Part shown: positions 22,783 to 41,396 of the stretch, piece after piece
How positions within the stretch are numbered: the stretch's first letter is position 1
Layout: every line of letters starts with the position of its first letter
Assembly: GCA_002269645.1 (NCBI GenBank)
Contig: NIVC01000130.1
Coordinates: 434,001-498,000, forward strand
Direction: 5' to 3'
Origin: Macrostomum lignano
Taxonomy: Eukaryota
Length of the DNA stretch: 64,000 bases
Notes under the pieces: generated by a model
Databases searched by the model: none
What the model was told of the DNA's origin: nothing
What the model saw: the letters and a program-made list of their open reading frames with translations, nothing else
Program-made: the position numbers and the translations under genes

Positions 22783-24404
22783 AGCAACAGAGAAGGGACG
22801 CAGAGGGAAGGGAGAATCACGGCAGAGAAGTACGTCTTCCGTTGGCAAACCGCCAAGACACCTTTGCTATTGCTGCAAAGATTTTTAGAAAAAAAGAAGA
22901 CAACTTTAGCAACTTTAGCACAACAACTAAAGCGCTTGCGCGTCCTAAAGAAAAACTGCAATCTCAAACAGTTCTCAACAACACGGAAACGCGGTGTTTG
23001 AATAATATAAACTAAGGCATGGGAGAGAGGCGAGAGAGAGGGAGAGAGAGAGAGAGAGATAGTGCAGTCGAGGCTCTGCGTCATTTTTTTATTTAATGCG
23101 ATTTGCTTCTTACGGTAGCGAAAGAGAGAGCAGTGAGAGAGCTGTGAGGTGAGGTGGGCTTCGGAAAACCTAATTGGCCTGTGTTGAGTTAGGAGGGGCT
23201 ACCCCTCTGTCTGTACGCACGCAGGCACAACCCTACTGTGCAACACACGTCGAGGCTAAGGTTCGAAACCGAAGCTCTCTCTCTGCATGCGTGTCCCTCT
23301 CGTTCTTGCTCACCGAACGGAAACACAAGCTCTTAACTGCATTCATCAACAAATATTCAGCTTACTATTTTTAGCTTGTTTAATAGCCAAAAACGCACAC
23401 TTTGAGCTAGATATAAATTATAATAGGCGAGCTTCGCCTTTAGGGTGGGGCGGCTAGTTCAAGGCTGAACAATGAACATCTGATTGCACATCCAGACAAT
23501 GGTAGACCGTACAGTGCATAAACACAAAGCCGAAGGCGTAGCCACCAACGATACATAATGGAAAAACTAAAATAGAAACAAGGATTCTGCCAAGCATGAC
23601 TACATTTAAATATATTTACTTCGCCAGCCCACTAAAATCGCAAAGAAAAAAGAGAACTTGCGTTTTTAAAAAAAAAGAAGTTTAAACCATATAGTCTGAA
23701 GTAAGTGGAGACAGACAAAACTGCGAAACCAACCTAATCTCCGCCTAAGAAAAATAGCGTATTAACTCGAGAGAATCTAAATTAGAATTGGCGTCCTTGC
23801 AAGAAAAAATACTTTATCTCTCTAGTTAGTGTGCGCAGTGCTTAGCAGAGACTTTCAGAGACTTTATCGGACATAATATTGAGATTCAAAGAGTCAGCCA
23901 TGCAGGGCTCGAACTACATTGTAAGCTAGTATCCTTAACTGTGGAAATGCAAATTAAGCAAATGTGTCCAACAATTTATTCGAAGAATTTGCATTCAAGA
24001 ACTGTATATGCAGTCACCATAGTGGTTAGTGAAGTCAGTAATCCAGAAGAGTGGTCAACTATAAGTTATATAAAGGAGTAATATCGTTTTAAAGCGCAAA
24101 TCTGATGTCGATTTTCTAAATTAAAACTAATTATGAACAAGTTTAGACTTTACCAACTTCCTTTAAGATACAACGGTTTTGCTTCCATTAATATAAACTC
24201 TGCTAGCAAATGTCTGGAAGTCTGTAGACCACTATAGTAGCTCTGACCACTAGAAGCTGAATGATATAAACAGTATTGGTCTTAATAAATCATGCTAGTT
24301 ATACTCAACTATAGTTCTATAAGTTTACTATATTGGTGTATTATAGGCGCATATCTGTGGATAACTTTATACTAAATTGTAGAATTTTAACTAAAAGGAT
24401 GGTG

Positions 24405-25620
24405 CGAGGGGCGCACTGAAGGGTGAGGGGCACTCTGAAGAGTGAGGGGCACTCTGAAGGGTGAGGGGCACTCTGAAGGGTGAGGAGAACTCTGAAGGGT
24501 GAGGGGCACTCTCAATGGACTCTGAAGGGTGAGAGGCACTCTCAATGGACTCTGAAGGGTGAGGGGCACTCTCAATGGACTCTGAAGGGTGAGAGGCACT
24601 CTCAATGGATTCTGAAGGTTGAGGGGCACTCTCAATGGACTCTGAAGGGTGAGGGGCACTCTCAATGGACTCTGAAGGGTGAGAGGCATTCTCAATGGAC
24701 TCCGAAGGGTGAGAGGCACTCTCAATGGATTCTGAAGGGTGAGGGGCACTCTCAATGGACTCTGAAGGGTGAGGGGCACTCTCAATGGACTCTGAAGGTT
24801 GAGGGGCACTCTCAATGGACTCTGAAGGGTGAGGGGCACTCTCAATGGACTCTGAAGGGTGAGAGGCATTCTCAATGGACTCCGAAGGGTGAGAGGCACT
24901 CTCAATGGATTCTGAAGGGTGAGGGGCACTCTCAATGGACTCTGAAGGGTGAGGGGCACTCTCAATGGACTCTGAAGGGTGAGAGGCATTCTCAATGGAC
25001 TCCGAAGGGTGAGAGGCACTCTCAATGGATTCTGAAGGGTGAGGGGCACTCTCAATGGACTCTGAAGGGTGAGAGGCACTCTCAATGGACTCTGAAGGTT
25101 AAGGGGCACTCTCAATGGATTCTGAAGGGTGAGGGGCACTCTCAATGGACTCCGAAGGGTGAGAGGCACTCTCAATGGATTCTGAAGGGTGAGGGGCACT
25201 CTCAATGGACTCTGAAGGGTGAGGGGCACTCTCAATGGACTCTGAAGGGTGAAAGGGCACTCTGATGGGATTCTGAAGGGTGAGGGGCACTTTCAATGGA
25301 CTCTGAAGGGTGAAAGGGCACTCTGATGGGATTCTGAAGGGTGAGGGGCACTCTCAATGGACTCTGAAGGGTGAGGGGCACTCTCAATGGACTCTGAAGG
25401 GTGAAAGGGCACTCTGATGGGATTCTGAAGGGTGAGGGGCACTTTGACGGGACTCTGAAGGGTGAGGGGCACTCTGAAAAGCGAGGGGCACTCTGAAGAA
25501 TGAGAGGCACTCTGAAGGGCAAGGGGCACTCGGAAGGGACGCTGAAGGGCGAGGGGAATTCTGAAGATTGAGGGGCACTCTGAAGGGCAAGAGGCACTCT
25601 GAAGGGTGAGGGACACTCCT
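24405..25620. repeat. Minisatellite, 30 bp (ctctcaatggactctgaagggtgaggggca) with degenerate flanks
   Basis: Directly visible. Confidence 0.95.
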
Positions 25621-27899
25621 TTAGGGTGAGGTAGAAAGTACAAGGCACTCTAGGAAAGGTTTCAAAGTTTAATTGTGAAACAGGCAATAGAGTTTTTAAG
25701 ATTGCATATTGATCAGTTTAAGATAACATTCCCAGAATCATAGCTAATGAAATATTTGATATGAATTTATATAGAAAAAACTCTGTTATTATTTCAAGTA
25801 TATTATATAACGATTATATAGTTTCAATGCCAGAGCATTAATAGCAACAAAATTATATAAGATATCAAACTAAAACAGAAATTTCTTTATAATTTGGAAT
25901 ATTTTATATTAATCTCTAAGTTTAATACTGGCTATACTTTGCAGCATAAATTGTTTATATATCAAATTAAATACCTATAGTTTGTAGTCTTAAAAATTAG
26001 TCATATCAAAAAATGTAAAAAATATTGTAGAAATGCTAAAAATTAAGTATAACTCTTTGTAAAAATATAATGTTAAAATGCATACTTAATCTTAATTTAT
26101 ATTGAAAAGACAATAAAAAGACTGGCAATGGTCATCGCCTAAAAATATTTATACTTTATTAATTTTACAAAAAGTAGGTTGAACAGAGCATGTCTACGAT
26201 GTATAGTATCTTTTAAAAGCCATACAGGTATCGCAATAAGAGCTTTCAGCTACAGAAAAAAAGAAAAATGCAGTAAACGCAACTGTTTTACACACTTCCT
26301 TTAAATTTAAGTCGTAAGTGTTGATTGAATTGGACTTATCTAAGAAAATAATCTTTTTGAAATTCCTCGATAAAGCTTCAAAAAACAAACAACAAAACAT
26401 GTATTTTATATTATTTTAGTTAATTTTTGCACATGCATGAAATAATTCCACATTTATTCAGCAGATGTTTTAGCAAAATACGCGCGAATTTATTCTCCTT
26501 TATTTTTATTTTCACCTTAAAATTGTTAAATGCAGCTATAAACGATGGCGAATTAGCGCGCGCAGAGAAAACGTACCTCTCGTTTGACTGTAGTAGTTTT
26601 AGTATTTAAAATTCTTCGACGTTCCTGCATGGGACTCAACTTTCTCGTTGCCTGATTCGCGGGGTTGGAGTGGGTGTTTTGGGCGAGTAAACTGATTCAT
26701 GGGGTTCTTCGTGTCATTCTTGAGAATTACATGTAGACCGGAAGCTTCAATTACATGTAGACCGCGGGCTTGAGTGCTGAAATTAATTACTGAGTAACCT
26801 GACCATTCACTCCTTCAGATCAAGGTAGCTAAGATGTTGGCGTGCAGCTGGATTCAGCTAAAGAGAGTACAAAAAATTAAGAGAGACCATTGCAGGGAGG
26901 ATTGCGATAGTGTGTACGTACATGTACTGTAAATTGCTAACCCGGTAAAGCTGTAATTGGGAATGCAGGAACGCATTGCAGACTGAGAGGACTTCTGCAG
27001 GGTTTTTTACTCTGGCAAAGTCTACTGTACAGTGCTGTTTTATACTAGTACACTTATTTAATTTTTATAAAAAATATAGTACATGTACTGCGTGTACATG
27101 ATATTATAATGTACACGTAGCTTTTAGCAATAAAATGGACGATGACCTAAAGTCTAGGATATTTTCCAACGACCGGAAATGAACACAAAACGCTATCATG
27201 CATAGATTGCAAGACAAGCCCGGACGACTGCAGACTATGACTCCGATATAGATGTACATCTACATGTAACAGCAGCTCAGGTCCCATAAAAATCATGTTT
27301 TATTCACTAAGTGCGCCGAACGCGATCCCGGTGAACCCTAGATATCCAGGCTCTTCTCCCCGATGACTCATCAGATGACTCATTCCTGCATCCACCCCAC
27401 TCCTTCCCCCACTTTATCCTTCGCGATACTTTGTTAAAAAATCACTGAAATGGAACCCAATGGAACGGCAATTCAAGGTCTTGCACATAACGAGCCACGA
27501 GCATGGGACATGAATTCATTACGTGCTATTTGAGCAGCGCGTTTTTACCACCTTTGTGGCAGCCCGGCTCTTCCCCTTCCCCTTACGCGCCGAGCGCGGC
27601 TCTTATTCGACTTGTTCGGCTCTTGGGTAACTTTCCGGGACCTAGCTTCCGCACCTTCATCTACTTAGACGAGCCACCACTTCCCTAGGGTCACCACACC
27701 ACAGAGTTTATCCACGAGTTTAAGTCAACCTGCGAGATCGCCATTTAATCCTCCCTTTGATCCTCGTCGAATCCCTGATTCCCTATCCCTGATTGATTGA
27801 ACCGAATTTTTTAGAGGCAGGGGCTGTGTGCACCCTGGTGCACAAGCGACGCAAGGACTACTAAAGTAGAATTGACGGAAGCGACGCACGGGGGCACGA

Positions 27900-33494
<5,595 letters not shown>

Positions 33495-33699
33495 CTGCCC
33501 CCAACCTGTTCAGGACGCTGCTCACCTGCTTACGACGGGCGGAAAAATGGCTTGGTATTCCTACTGTTAATGTTTTTTGAAATTCCCAACCCGTAAACTT
33601 TTGTTGTATATTTCTATTGTATTAGCTATAACAAAAAACAGCTGTTAGAACGCACAAATTTGGGCCGTACTCCTGAAAAAGGTCAACCCCCCTCAGAGT

Positions 33700-33920
33700 C
33701 AGAGTCAGAACTGGGCAGTCAGAACGTCGTTCACGCAATTGTCTGCTGGCATAGAGTTGGACTCGGAGCCAGACACGCTGCTTCTCCAGGGCATCCGTCA
33801 GGGTCGATGTCTCAGCGTTCACGTGGAGCAGAACGGTCTCAACGACTGCCCGAAAACATCTGAGCCCTGGTGCCGTCATCCAGAGCCTCAGATCGCAGCA
33901 CTGAGTGCGTCACCATTCTG
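33700..33920 (-). mobile_element. Second RTE-like fragment (RT C-terminal region)
   Basis: FRAVVETVLL...NAET.TLTDALEKQ is homologous to WQAVIETVLLYNVAT.RLTAALERQ at 29190-29260. Confidence 0.65.
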
Positions 33921-34094
33921 ATTGCAGGAATTAAACTTTTTGGTCATTGCTTTTAGCTATTAGTTGATAAAATTATGTCCAGTCGTATGCTGCGAGACTA
34001 AAGTGCACTGTGCTGCAGATGTAGAGGAGAAGCTGAGGTTCAGATGAAGCACTTAAGATATACTTAAGAGAACTGAAGATACTCATACTTAATC

Positions 34095-34515
34095 CAGGGG
34101 CGTCGCCACCGGGGGGAGCCCAGTAAAAACTATGGGGGGACAAGCCTTTTGCTTTAGGGTGCCAAAATGAGTGACTGCGGCATCAAAATGAGTGACTGCG
34201 GCATCAAAATGAGTGACTGCGGCACCAAAATGAGTGACTGCGGCATCAAAATGAGTGACTGCGGCATCAAAATGAGTGACTGCGGCATCAAAATGAGTGA
34301 CTGCGGCATCAAAATGAGTGACTGCGGCATCAAAATGAGTGACTGCGGCATAAAAATGAGTGACTGCGGCACCAAAATGAGTGACTGCGGAACCAAAATG
34401 AGTGACTACGGCACCAAAATGAGTGCCAACAACACAGATTCTCAAAATACAAGTACATGTAGAATTCTTGGCTTTGTCCCCCCCCCCACCATAAAAACAC
34501 ACGGCGAAGCCCCTG
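34095..34515. mobile_element. MITE-like TIR element carrying an internal 21-bp minisatellite
   Basis: Ends CAGGGGCGTCGCC / GGCGAAGCCCCTG; subterminal inverted ggggggacaagcc / ggctttgtccccccc; about 12 copies of gcggcatcaaaatgagtgact. No clean TSD. Confidence 0.6.
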
Positions 34516-35084
34516 CTTAGCGCTGTCTCTATCTCAAAACCAGATCAGGCGCAATCTCTCAGAAGACCGCAGGGAACTTGACAGATGCGGCGCAGCCTAT
34601 ACTAGAAGTAATAGAGAAAGGTATAAGAGTGCGTGAGTCGACGTCTTTTATTACTGAATTACTGAATAATAAATGGTACCTACGAGATTCATTCTGAACT
34701 AATAAAATCTGATAATTAAACCCTGAATTCTAAAGTTGTATTTGCTTTTTTTCTCAAGGCTTTTTACGAGCTAATGGACTGTTATTTCTGTGGCTCAATG
34801 CGGCATTTAAACATATGTTTTCAATCTAATAGTCAATACACGTCTATATGCATTGCTCAGCAGCTCTGCAATCGGTCTTAATCCACTTTTTGAGTAAGAA
34901 TATTTTCAGCAGCTCAATTCCTGCACACTGGCTTGCTGCTGACAATGTCCATGGATTAGGGGCAGCAGCTGTTGCTCGCTGGGAAAAATTATTTATTTTG
35001 GAGCAGCAATACAAACTTCCTAGCTGCTGCCTTCAACAGCTGGTCAACTGCGCTGGAAGGCCGCTGTGGAAAGCTGAAGACCGG

Positions 35085-36655
35085 ATAACCCAGATCCCCA
35101 CTCGCAGATCCCCACTCCCAGATCCCCACTCCCAGATCCCCACTCCCAGAACCCCAATCCCAGATCTCCACTCCCAGATCCCCACTCCCAGTCCACTCCC
35201 AGATCCCCACTCCGAGATCCCCACTCACAGACCCCCACTCCCAGATCCCCACTCCCAGAACCCCAATCCCAGATCTCCACTCCCAGAACCCCAATCCTAG
35301 ATCCCCACTCCCAGATCCCCACTCCCAGTCCACTCCCAGATCCCCACTCCCAGATCCCCACTCCCAGATCCCCACTCCCAGATCCCCACTCCCAGATCCC
35401 CACTCCCAGATCCCCACTCCCAGATCCCCACTCCCAGATCCCCACTCCCAGATCCCCACTCCCAGATCCCCACTCCCAGATCCCCACTCCCAGATCCCCA
35501 CTCCCAGATCCCCACACCCAGATCCCCACTCCCAGATCCCCACTCCCAGATCCCCACTCCCAGATCCCCACTCCCAGATCCCCACTCCCAGATCCCCACT
35601 CCCAGATCCCCACTCCCAGTCCACTCCCAGATCCCCACTCCCAGATCCCCACTCCCAGTCCACTCCCAGATCCCCACTTCCAGATCCCCACTTCCAGATC
35701 CCCATTCCCAGTCCACTCCCAGATCCCCACTCCCAGTCCACTCCCAGATCCCCACTCCCAGTCCACTCCCAGATCCCCACTCCGAGATCCCCACTCACAG
35801 ACCCCCACTCCCAGATCCCCACTCCCAGAACCCCAATCCCAGATCTCCACTCCCAGAACCCCAATCCTAGATCCCCACTCCCAGATCCCCACTCCCAGTC
35901 CACTCCCAGATCCCCACTCCCAGATCCCCACTCCCAGATCCCCACTCCCAGATCCCCACTCCCAGATCCCCACTCCCAGATCCCCACTCCCAGATCCCCA
36001 CTCCCAGATCCCCACTCCCAGATCCCCACTCCCAGATCCCCACTCCCAGATCCCAACTCCCAGATCCCCACTCCCAGATCCCCACTCCCAGATCCCCACT
36101 CCCAGATCCCCACTCCCAGATCCCCACTCCCAGATCCCCACTCCCAGATCCCCACTCCCAGTCCACTCCCAGATCCCCACTCCCAGATCCCCATTCCCAG
36201 TCCACTCCCAGATCCCCACTCCCAGATCCTCACTCCCAGTCCACTCCCAAATCCCCATTTCCAGATCCCCATTCCCAGTCCACTCCCAGATCCCCACTCC
36301 GAGATCCCCACTCCCAGACTCCCACTCCCAGATCCCCACTCCCAGATCCCCACTCCCAGATCCCCACTCCCAGATCCCCACTCCCAGATCCCCACTCCCA
36401 GACCCCCACTCCCAGTCCACTCCCAGATCCCCACTCCCAGACCCCCACTCCCAGTTCACTCCCAGATCCCCACTCCCAGATCCCCACTCCCAGACTCCCA
36501 CTCCCAGTCCACTCCCAGATCCCCACTCCCAGTCCTCTCCCAGATCCCCACTCCCAGACCCCCACTCTTAGATCCCCACTCCCAGATCCCCACTCCCAGA
36601 TCCCCACTCCCAGATCCCCACTCCCAGATCCCCACTCCCAGATCCCCACTCCCAG
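35085..36655. repeat. Minisatellite, about 14 bp (cccagatccccact)
   Basis: Directly visible. Confidence 0.95.
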
Positions 36656-36716
36656 CTCATTATTCAGGAATGGATTAGTGCCTGACAAATAAATCAACTG
36701 ACAAACGATAGCAAGT

Positions 36717-36793
36717 ATAAAGAAAGTAATGAGTCAAATAATGGAGTCTGTACCGTCAACAGACTCCATTATTTGACTCATTACTTTCTTTAT
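36717..36793. repeat. Perfect 35-bp inverted repeat with a 7-nt loop
   Basis: 36717-36751 is the exact reverse complement of 36759-36793. Confidence 0.9.
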
Positions 36794-37127
36794 CTACTCT
36801 ATAGTTTTACGCAAGCAGTGCATATGCTTTTTAAGATATGTAAAAATGACAGTTCCCATTGAGCAATTAACGCTGGTAAATGATTGACAGACGTTTATCA
36901 TTCATGTACGAATCCGATAAGAACCGGGCTATTTTTTACAACAGCAACAACCCCGCTTATCGGCTAATTTTATATCCAACAGTCTCTGCTAGGCCTGTTC
37001 ACTTTGAGGCATTCGTGGAGAGGATAGAGGTCTGGTTGTCCTACAGTTCTCCTGAGCCTGCACAATGCCTACTGAATCTCCCTGATCGCCCTCTCTCCCT
37101 TGGGTGGCTCAGACACCATTTCGGGAT

Positions 37128-37335
37128 GCCAGGGGCGCCAGCACCAGGGGCTTTAGCACCAGGGGCGCCAGCACCAGGGGCGCCAGCACCAGGGCTTTAG
37201 CACCAGGGGCGCCAGCACCAGGGGCGCCAGCACCAGGGGCTTTAGCACCAGGGGCTTTAGCACCAGGGGCGCCAGCACCAGGGGCTTTAGCACCAGGGGC
37301 TTTAGCACCAGGGGCGCCAGCATCAGGGGCGCCAG
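37128..37335. repeat. Minisatellite, 15 bp (gcaccaggggcgcca / gcaccaggggcttta)
   Basis: Directly visible. Confidence 0.9.
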
Positions 37336-37687
37336 CAGCCCCTCTCTAGGCTACTCGCCCCTACTCCAGAAAGCCAAAATTTCCCATTTTCTCCACTGCC
37401 AGTGCAGAGGCCGCCCAGCCAATGAGAAGCATTCTCACAATTACAGATGAGGAGGTGTATGTTTAGGCGGAATATACATGTAGCCACACTCTACTGAATG
37501 CATTGAATTTAACGAACGTACTTAAATAACTCTATTGTTTTGGAGTTAGTTTCAGCTCTCAGGAATCCGATCTTTATAAAGGTAAGCTGATGTAGTCAAT
37601 GTACAAATTTATAATGAGTCAATATAGATAGGTTTTTCGACAAAGTATTTCATAGAGTGATCAATGACTAGTATGTCTGTGTGACTT

Positions 37688-37926
37688 GGGTACAGTGAGA
37701 TGTCGAGAGGGGGTACACTGGGAGTCTGGAGGGTACAGTGAGATGTCGAGAGGGGGTACACTGGGAGTCTGGAGGGTACAGTGAGATGTCGAGAGGGGGT
37801 ACACTGGGAGTCTGGAGGGTACAGTGAGATGTCGAGAGGGGGTACACTGGGAGTCTGGAGGGTACAGTGAGATGTCGAGAGGGGGTACACCGGGAGTCTG
37901 GAGGGTACAGTGAGATGTCGAGAGGG
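37688..37926. repeat. 43-bp tandem repeat, about 5.5 copies
   Basis: Unit gggtacagtgagatgtcgagagggggtacactgggagtctgga. Confidence 0.9.
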
Positions 37927-38867
37927 TATTAGATATGCATGGGGGTTTAGTTAGTTGATAATACCTGCAATGCATTGCTTTCCTACAATTATGGTTATGA
38001 GAGACAATAAAAAGATGAATTTCGATAACAAAAAAATCCACTGTGATTTTTATTCAAATCGGGGTTTAACTAAAATATAAAATCAAATCGTTTTAGGGGT
38101 ATAGAGCGCAGCTTTCACTTACGGCAATGGTTCATGAGTAGGCATCCGTCTTATAGGGCTGCCTGAAGGTTCACTAGACACTGATGCAGGCCCAACAGGT
38201 TATTCTACGAGGGTTGTTGTAAAAGTTTTCATGTTTACTTGAAGTTAACAATGATTAGAAATCCCTATCGGCATCGCTTTACAGCTATACCAATCGATCA
38301 CTGTCACTTATGTCGCCAGATTTGCCTACAGGTTGATTGCTGGCACACTTGCAGATGGATTTTACTTTAAATAATTAAGGACAGAAGTCGTCGTTTGGTT
38401 TTTGACCTGTGCTAGGCAGCTTAGTGACACCATCGAGAGCAAGAGCATGAACACCAAATGCAAGGAGCACCTCATCAAAGGTCGGCGTCGCTGTTTTACC
38501 CTTGGATAAAATGGTGTCGACTCTCCTTGGACACCCGAAGCTCTATGAAGGATGTTTTGGTCATTTTGTCACCCTTCGTGTCTTGCAGCTCCTTAAGATT
38601 GAACCTTGCTTTATCTCTCACGTACACAGAATTTGAGAAAACATTTTGTCTATAAGGCTGGTTATAGATAAACACACGGCATAATCAGACACAACTTGCA
38701 CTCAGGAAAAGCAAAGCAAAGCGGAAACTTTTGTAGCAACCCTCGTAGTACTAATAGCTACAAATCGGTAAAGTACATGCATTATCAATAAACATTTGTA
38801 ACGGGCAAAATGACAAAATTTTCTATTTCACTGCGTCAGTACCAATCGAAGCAAGGCAGAATCCGCC

Positions 38868-39988
38868 ATGCAGCAACTGAGAAGACTGATGAAGCTAGTG
38901 CTGTTCCTGATGGCGCTACTGCTGCTGGCCCTGGGGATGCATCGTGAGATCTTCGGCAGTCGCATCCACTCAGTTATTTCTTCAAAGAGGCGGGCCATGA
39001 AAACAAAGGACACGGTGCCAGCGACTGTTGACAACCCTCTGCCGTCGGGTGCCTGCGGCGCCTACAGCGAGCTCCGCAGCGTCAATTTCCTGCACAAGTC
39101 CATCAGCGAGAGCATCTGCGAAGGCGCCGCCGCCTACACCATCGTGGACAGCGCGTTTCCGCTCTGCCGACTCAAGCAGCACCTGCCGCACGTGCTCACC
39201 GAAGGCGTCAGAGCTGCGAGCGTGCAGACCTTCATCAGAAGCCCCTCACCCAGAGAAACGTCTCCAGCTTCGTCTACTCGAGTCCCGACCTCATCTCGAC
39301 CAGCATCCGCACGGAGCACATCTTCGAGGAGCGGAACGTCCGCATCATGCAGCAAATCATTCGCAACCTGGCCGCCAAGTCGCCCGTCACCTTCGTGGAC
39401 GTCGGCTCGAACATCGGCGTGTTCAGCCTGTCGGTCCTCGATCTCGGAGTGCCCGTCATCGCGCTGGACGCGAACATCCGCAACCTGATTCGAATCAAGC
39501 TGTCAGCCGAGGCGGCCAATTCGCCTCACAAGCTGCACCTGCTGTGGAACTTCGTCAGCAGGCAGGTGTCGCTCATGTACCTGAACTTCCCGAAGGACTG
39601 CAACATTGGCGGCGCCACCAAGTTCGGCAGAGCCGTCGTCGACACGATCCCGGTGATGTCGGCCACTGCGGACTCCATCGTGCCGCTCATCGACACCAAG
39701 CTGGTCGTGTTGAAGGTCGACATCGAAGGAGGCGAAGGCGAGTTCTTCAAGAGCGCGAAGAAGCTGTTCGACACCTTCACGATTCCCGTGGTGCACATGG
39801 AGTGGCTGAGGAAGCACATGAGCGAGGAGGAGCGCCAGTTCATGATCAGCTTCTTCGCTGAGAGGCGCTACAGCGCGAGGAGCACGAACGATCTGACGAA
39901 GTTGATCAACATCAGCCACACAGGGTATCAGGGAGATGACCTTGTTTGGGTGCACAAGGATATTGAGGATGCAGGCGTGCTGCTTTGA
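38868..39988 (+). CDS. Type II membrane FkbM-family (Methyltransf_21) SAM-dependent methyltransferase, paralogue 1; one frameshift near 39245
   Basis: N-terminal anchor LVLFLMALLLLALGM; motifs FVDVGSNIG, KVDIEGGE and VHMEW. It has AGCCCCTC (4 C) where paralogue 2 has 5 C, so this is either a real pseudogenising deletion or a homopolymer sequencing error. Confidence 0.8.
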
Positions 39989-40832
39989 ACGAGTCTGTTT
40001 ATGAGTGCTTATATGATTGAACTTGCACATGCTTGAAAACAATGTCGAAATGTTGCATGAACCGATTGACTATCTGTAGAACCAGTTGCTGTTCGTTTGG
40101 CTCTGCTGTGTACTTTTGACTAGATTTTTTTCAGACAATTATATTGTTTACTCATGCTTCGAATCGCTACATAAACGACTTGAAACAGGTTAATCTGTTT
40201 TGAGTAACTGGTCCAGTTAATCTGTAACTGGGCTAACCGGGCCAATATGGTCACTGCGCAATAGAAATTGAAATGCCGTTTCGGCCTAAGCACATGGCTG
40301 AGTCCAACTGTCTGGGACATTTTTTAATCGATAGACGTATTGTTTTTCTATAAACATGATGTTTTATCATATTATTAAGAGTTGAATTTCTGCAAAACTC
40401 TTCGCTGGTTCTGTAACATTTAATAACACAATGGTTTAATAGTTATAATTTATTTAAAAAGCGCAGAGATTGTCCATGCCTTACGATTAGAAAGTCAAAG
40501 TGCCACTGTACTGTGTATATTGCTACACAGTATACTCGTACTCGTGGAGAAATACCAGAGCACAGGATGTCTATGGCCCAATCTTCAGCAATAATTCGTT
40601 AACTAGATTTTGGCAGCGTCCATACAGCGAGCAAAAGTCAACATGATGACTCACGACAAAAGACACTTCCAATTCTACGCTTTTGGTCGATTTTGAGCTG
40701 GGAAAAACTGCACCAGAAGTAGATGAGGAACTCTGAACCACACTGCCAAGCTTACGGCACACCCAAAGTAGCCTACTTATTTCCTAATCGCTGATAATAA
40801 TATATGGTTGATTACACTTGTAAAACTTAATA

Positions 40833-41075
40833 GCCAGATGTGCAACCGACAGCTCAGCCGCAGCTATTGTGCGGCGCATCTGAAGGCTGCGTACGGCTGT
40901 TCAGTCCAAGGACTGGGGGGTCGCCACACACAGCCTCAATTACCCCAGCTAATGCTGGCACCCATTCTACAGCTGGGTGAACTGAAGCAATGCAGAGTCG
41001 AGTGCCTTGCTCAAATGACACTAATTGTTCCGAGCAGGTCGAGAATCGAAACCCCGACCTTTCAGTTGTGAGTCC
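40833..41075 (-). mobile_element. Second copy of the CORE-type SINE (5' slightly truncated, uninterrupted)
   Basis: Its reverse complement matches both 5700-5826 and 6152-6263. Confidence 0.75.
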
Positions 41076-41396
41076 CAATCACTGATAAAGAAGTAATTAA
41101 GCTGCTAGGATGAGGCAGCTTCAAAGTCTCAAAACATATACTTGCCAAAGACAAGTCCCAGCAAAAGTCGAAGCAAAATTTTGATTTCAACAAATTACAT
41201 GCAGCATCATCAAAGGAACTAAAATGAATATGGTTAATGACTTCTTAATTGACTAGAGACGCAATCAACAAACTATGTGTACGTTTTATCGATTTCAATA
41301 CTGCTAATTTTGTCCTTAGATACATGTACGTAAAATCATTAGGGAATTAAGCCCTAATTTGCCGATCGAAAGACCAGCTAATCTAAAACCGCCTGC

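Noticed and set aside
27360-27385. CTGATGAG on the minus strand (hammerhead core) / double TGACTCA
   Set aside because: There is no stem II or GAAA downstream; this is just two AP-1-like heptamers.
34989-36697. Long Trp/Gly-rich ORFs (up to 485 aa), and similar periodic ORFs at 12-329, 24387-25296, 42672-43151, 45055-45610 and 58654-59112
   Set aside because: They are translations of stop-free tandem repeats, open in several frames and on both strands, with no domain or splice support.
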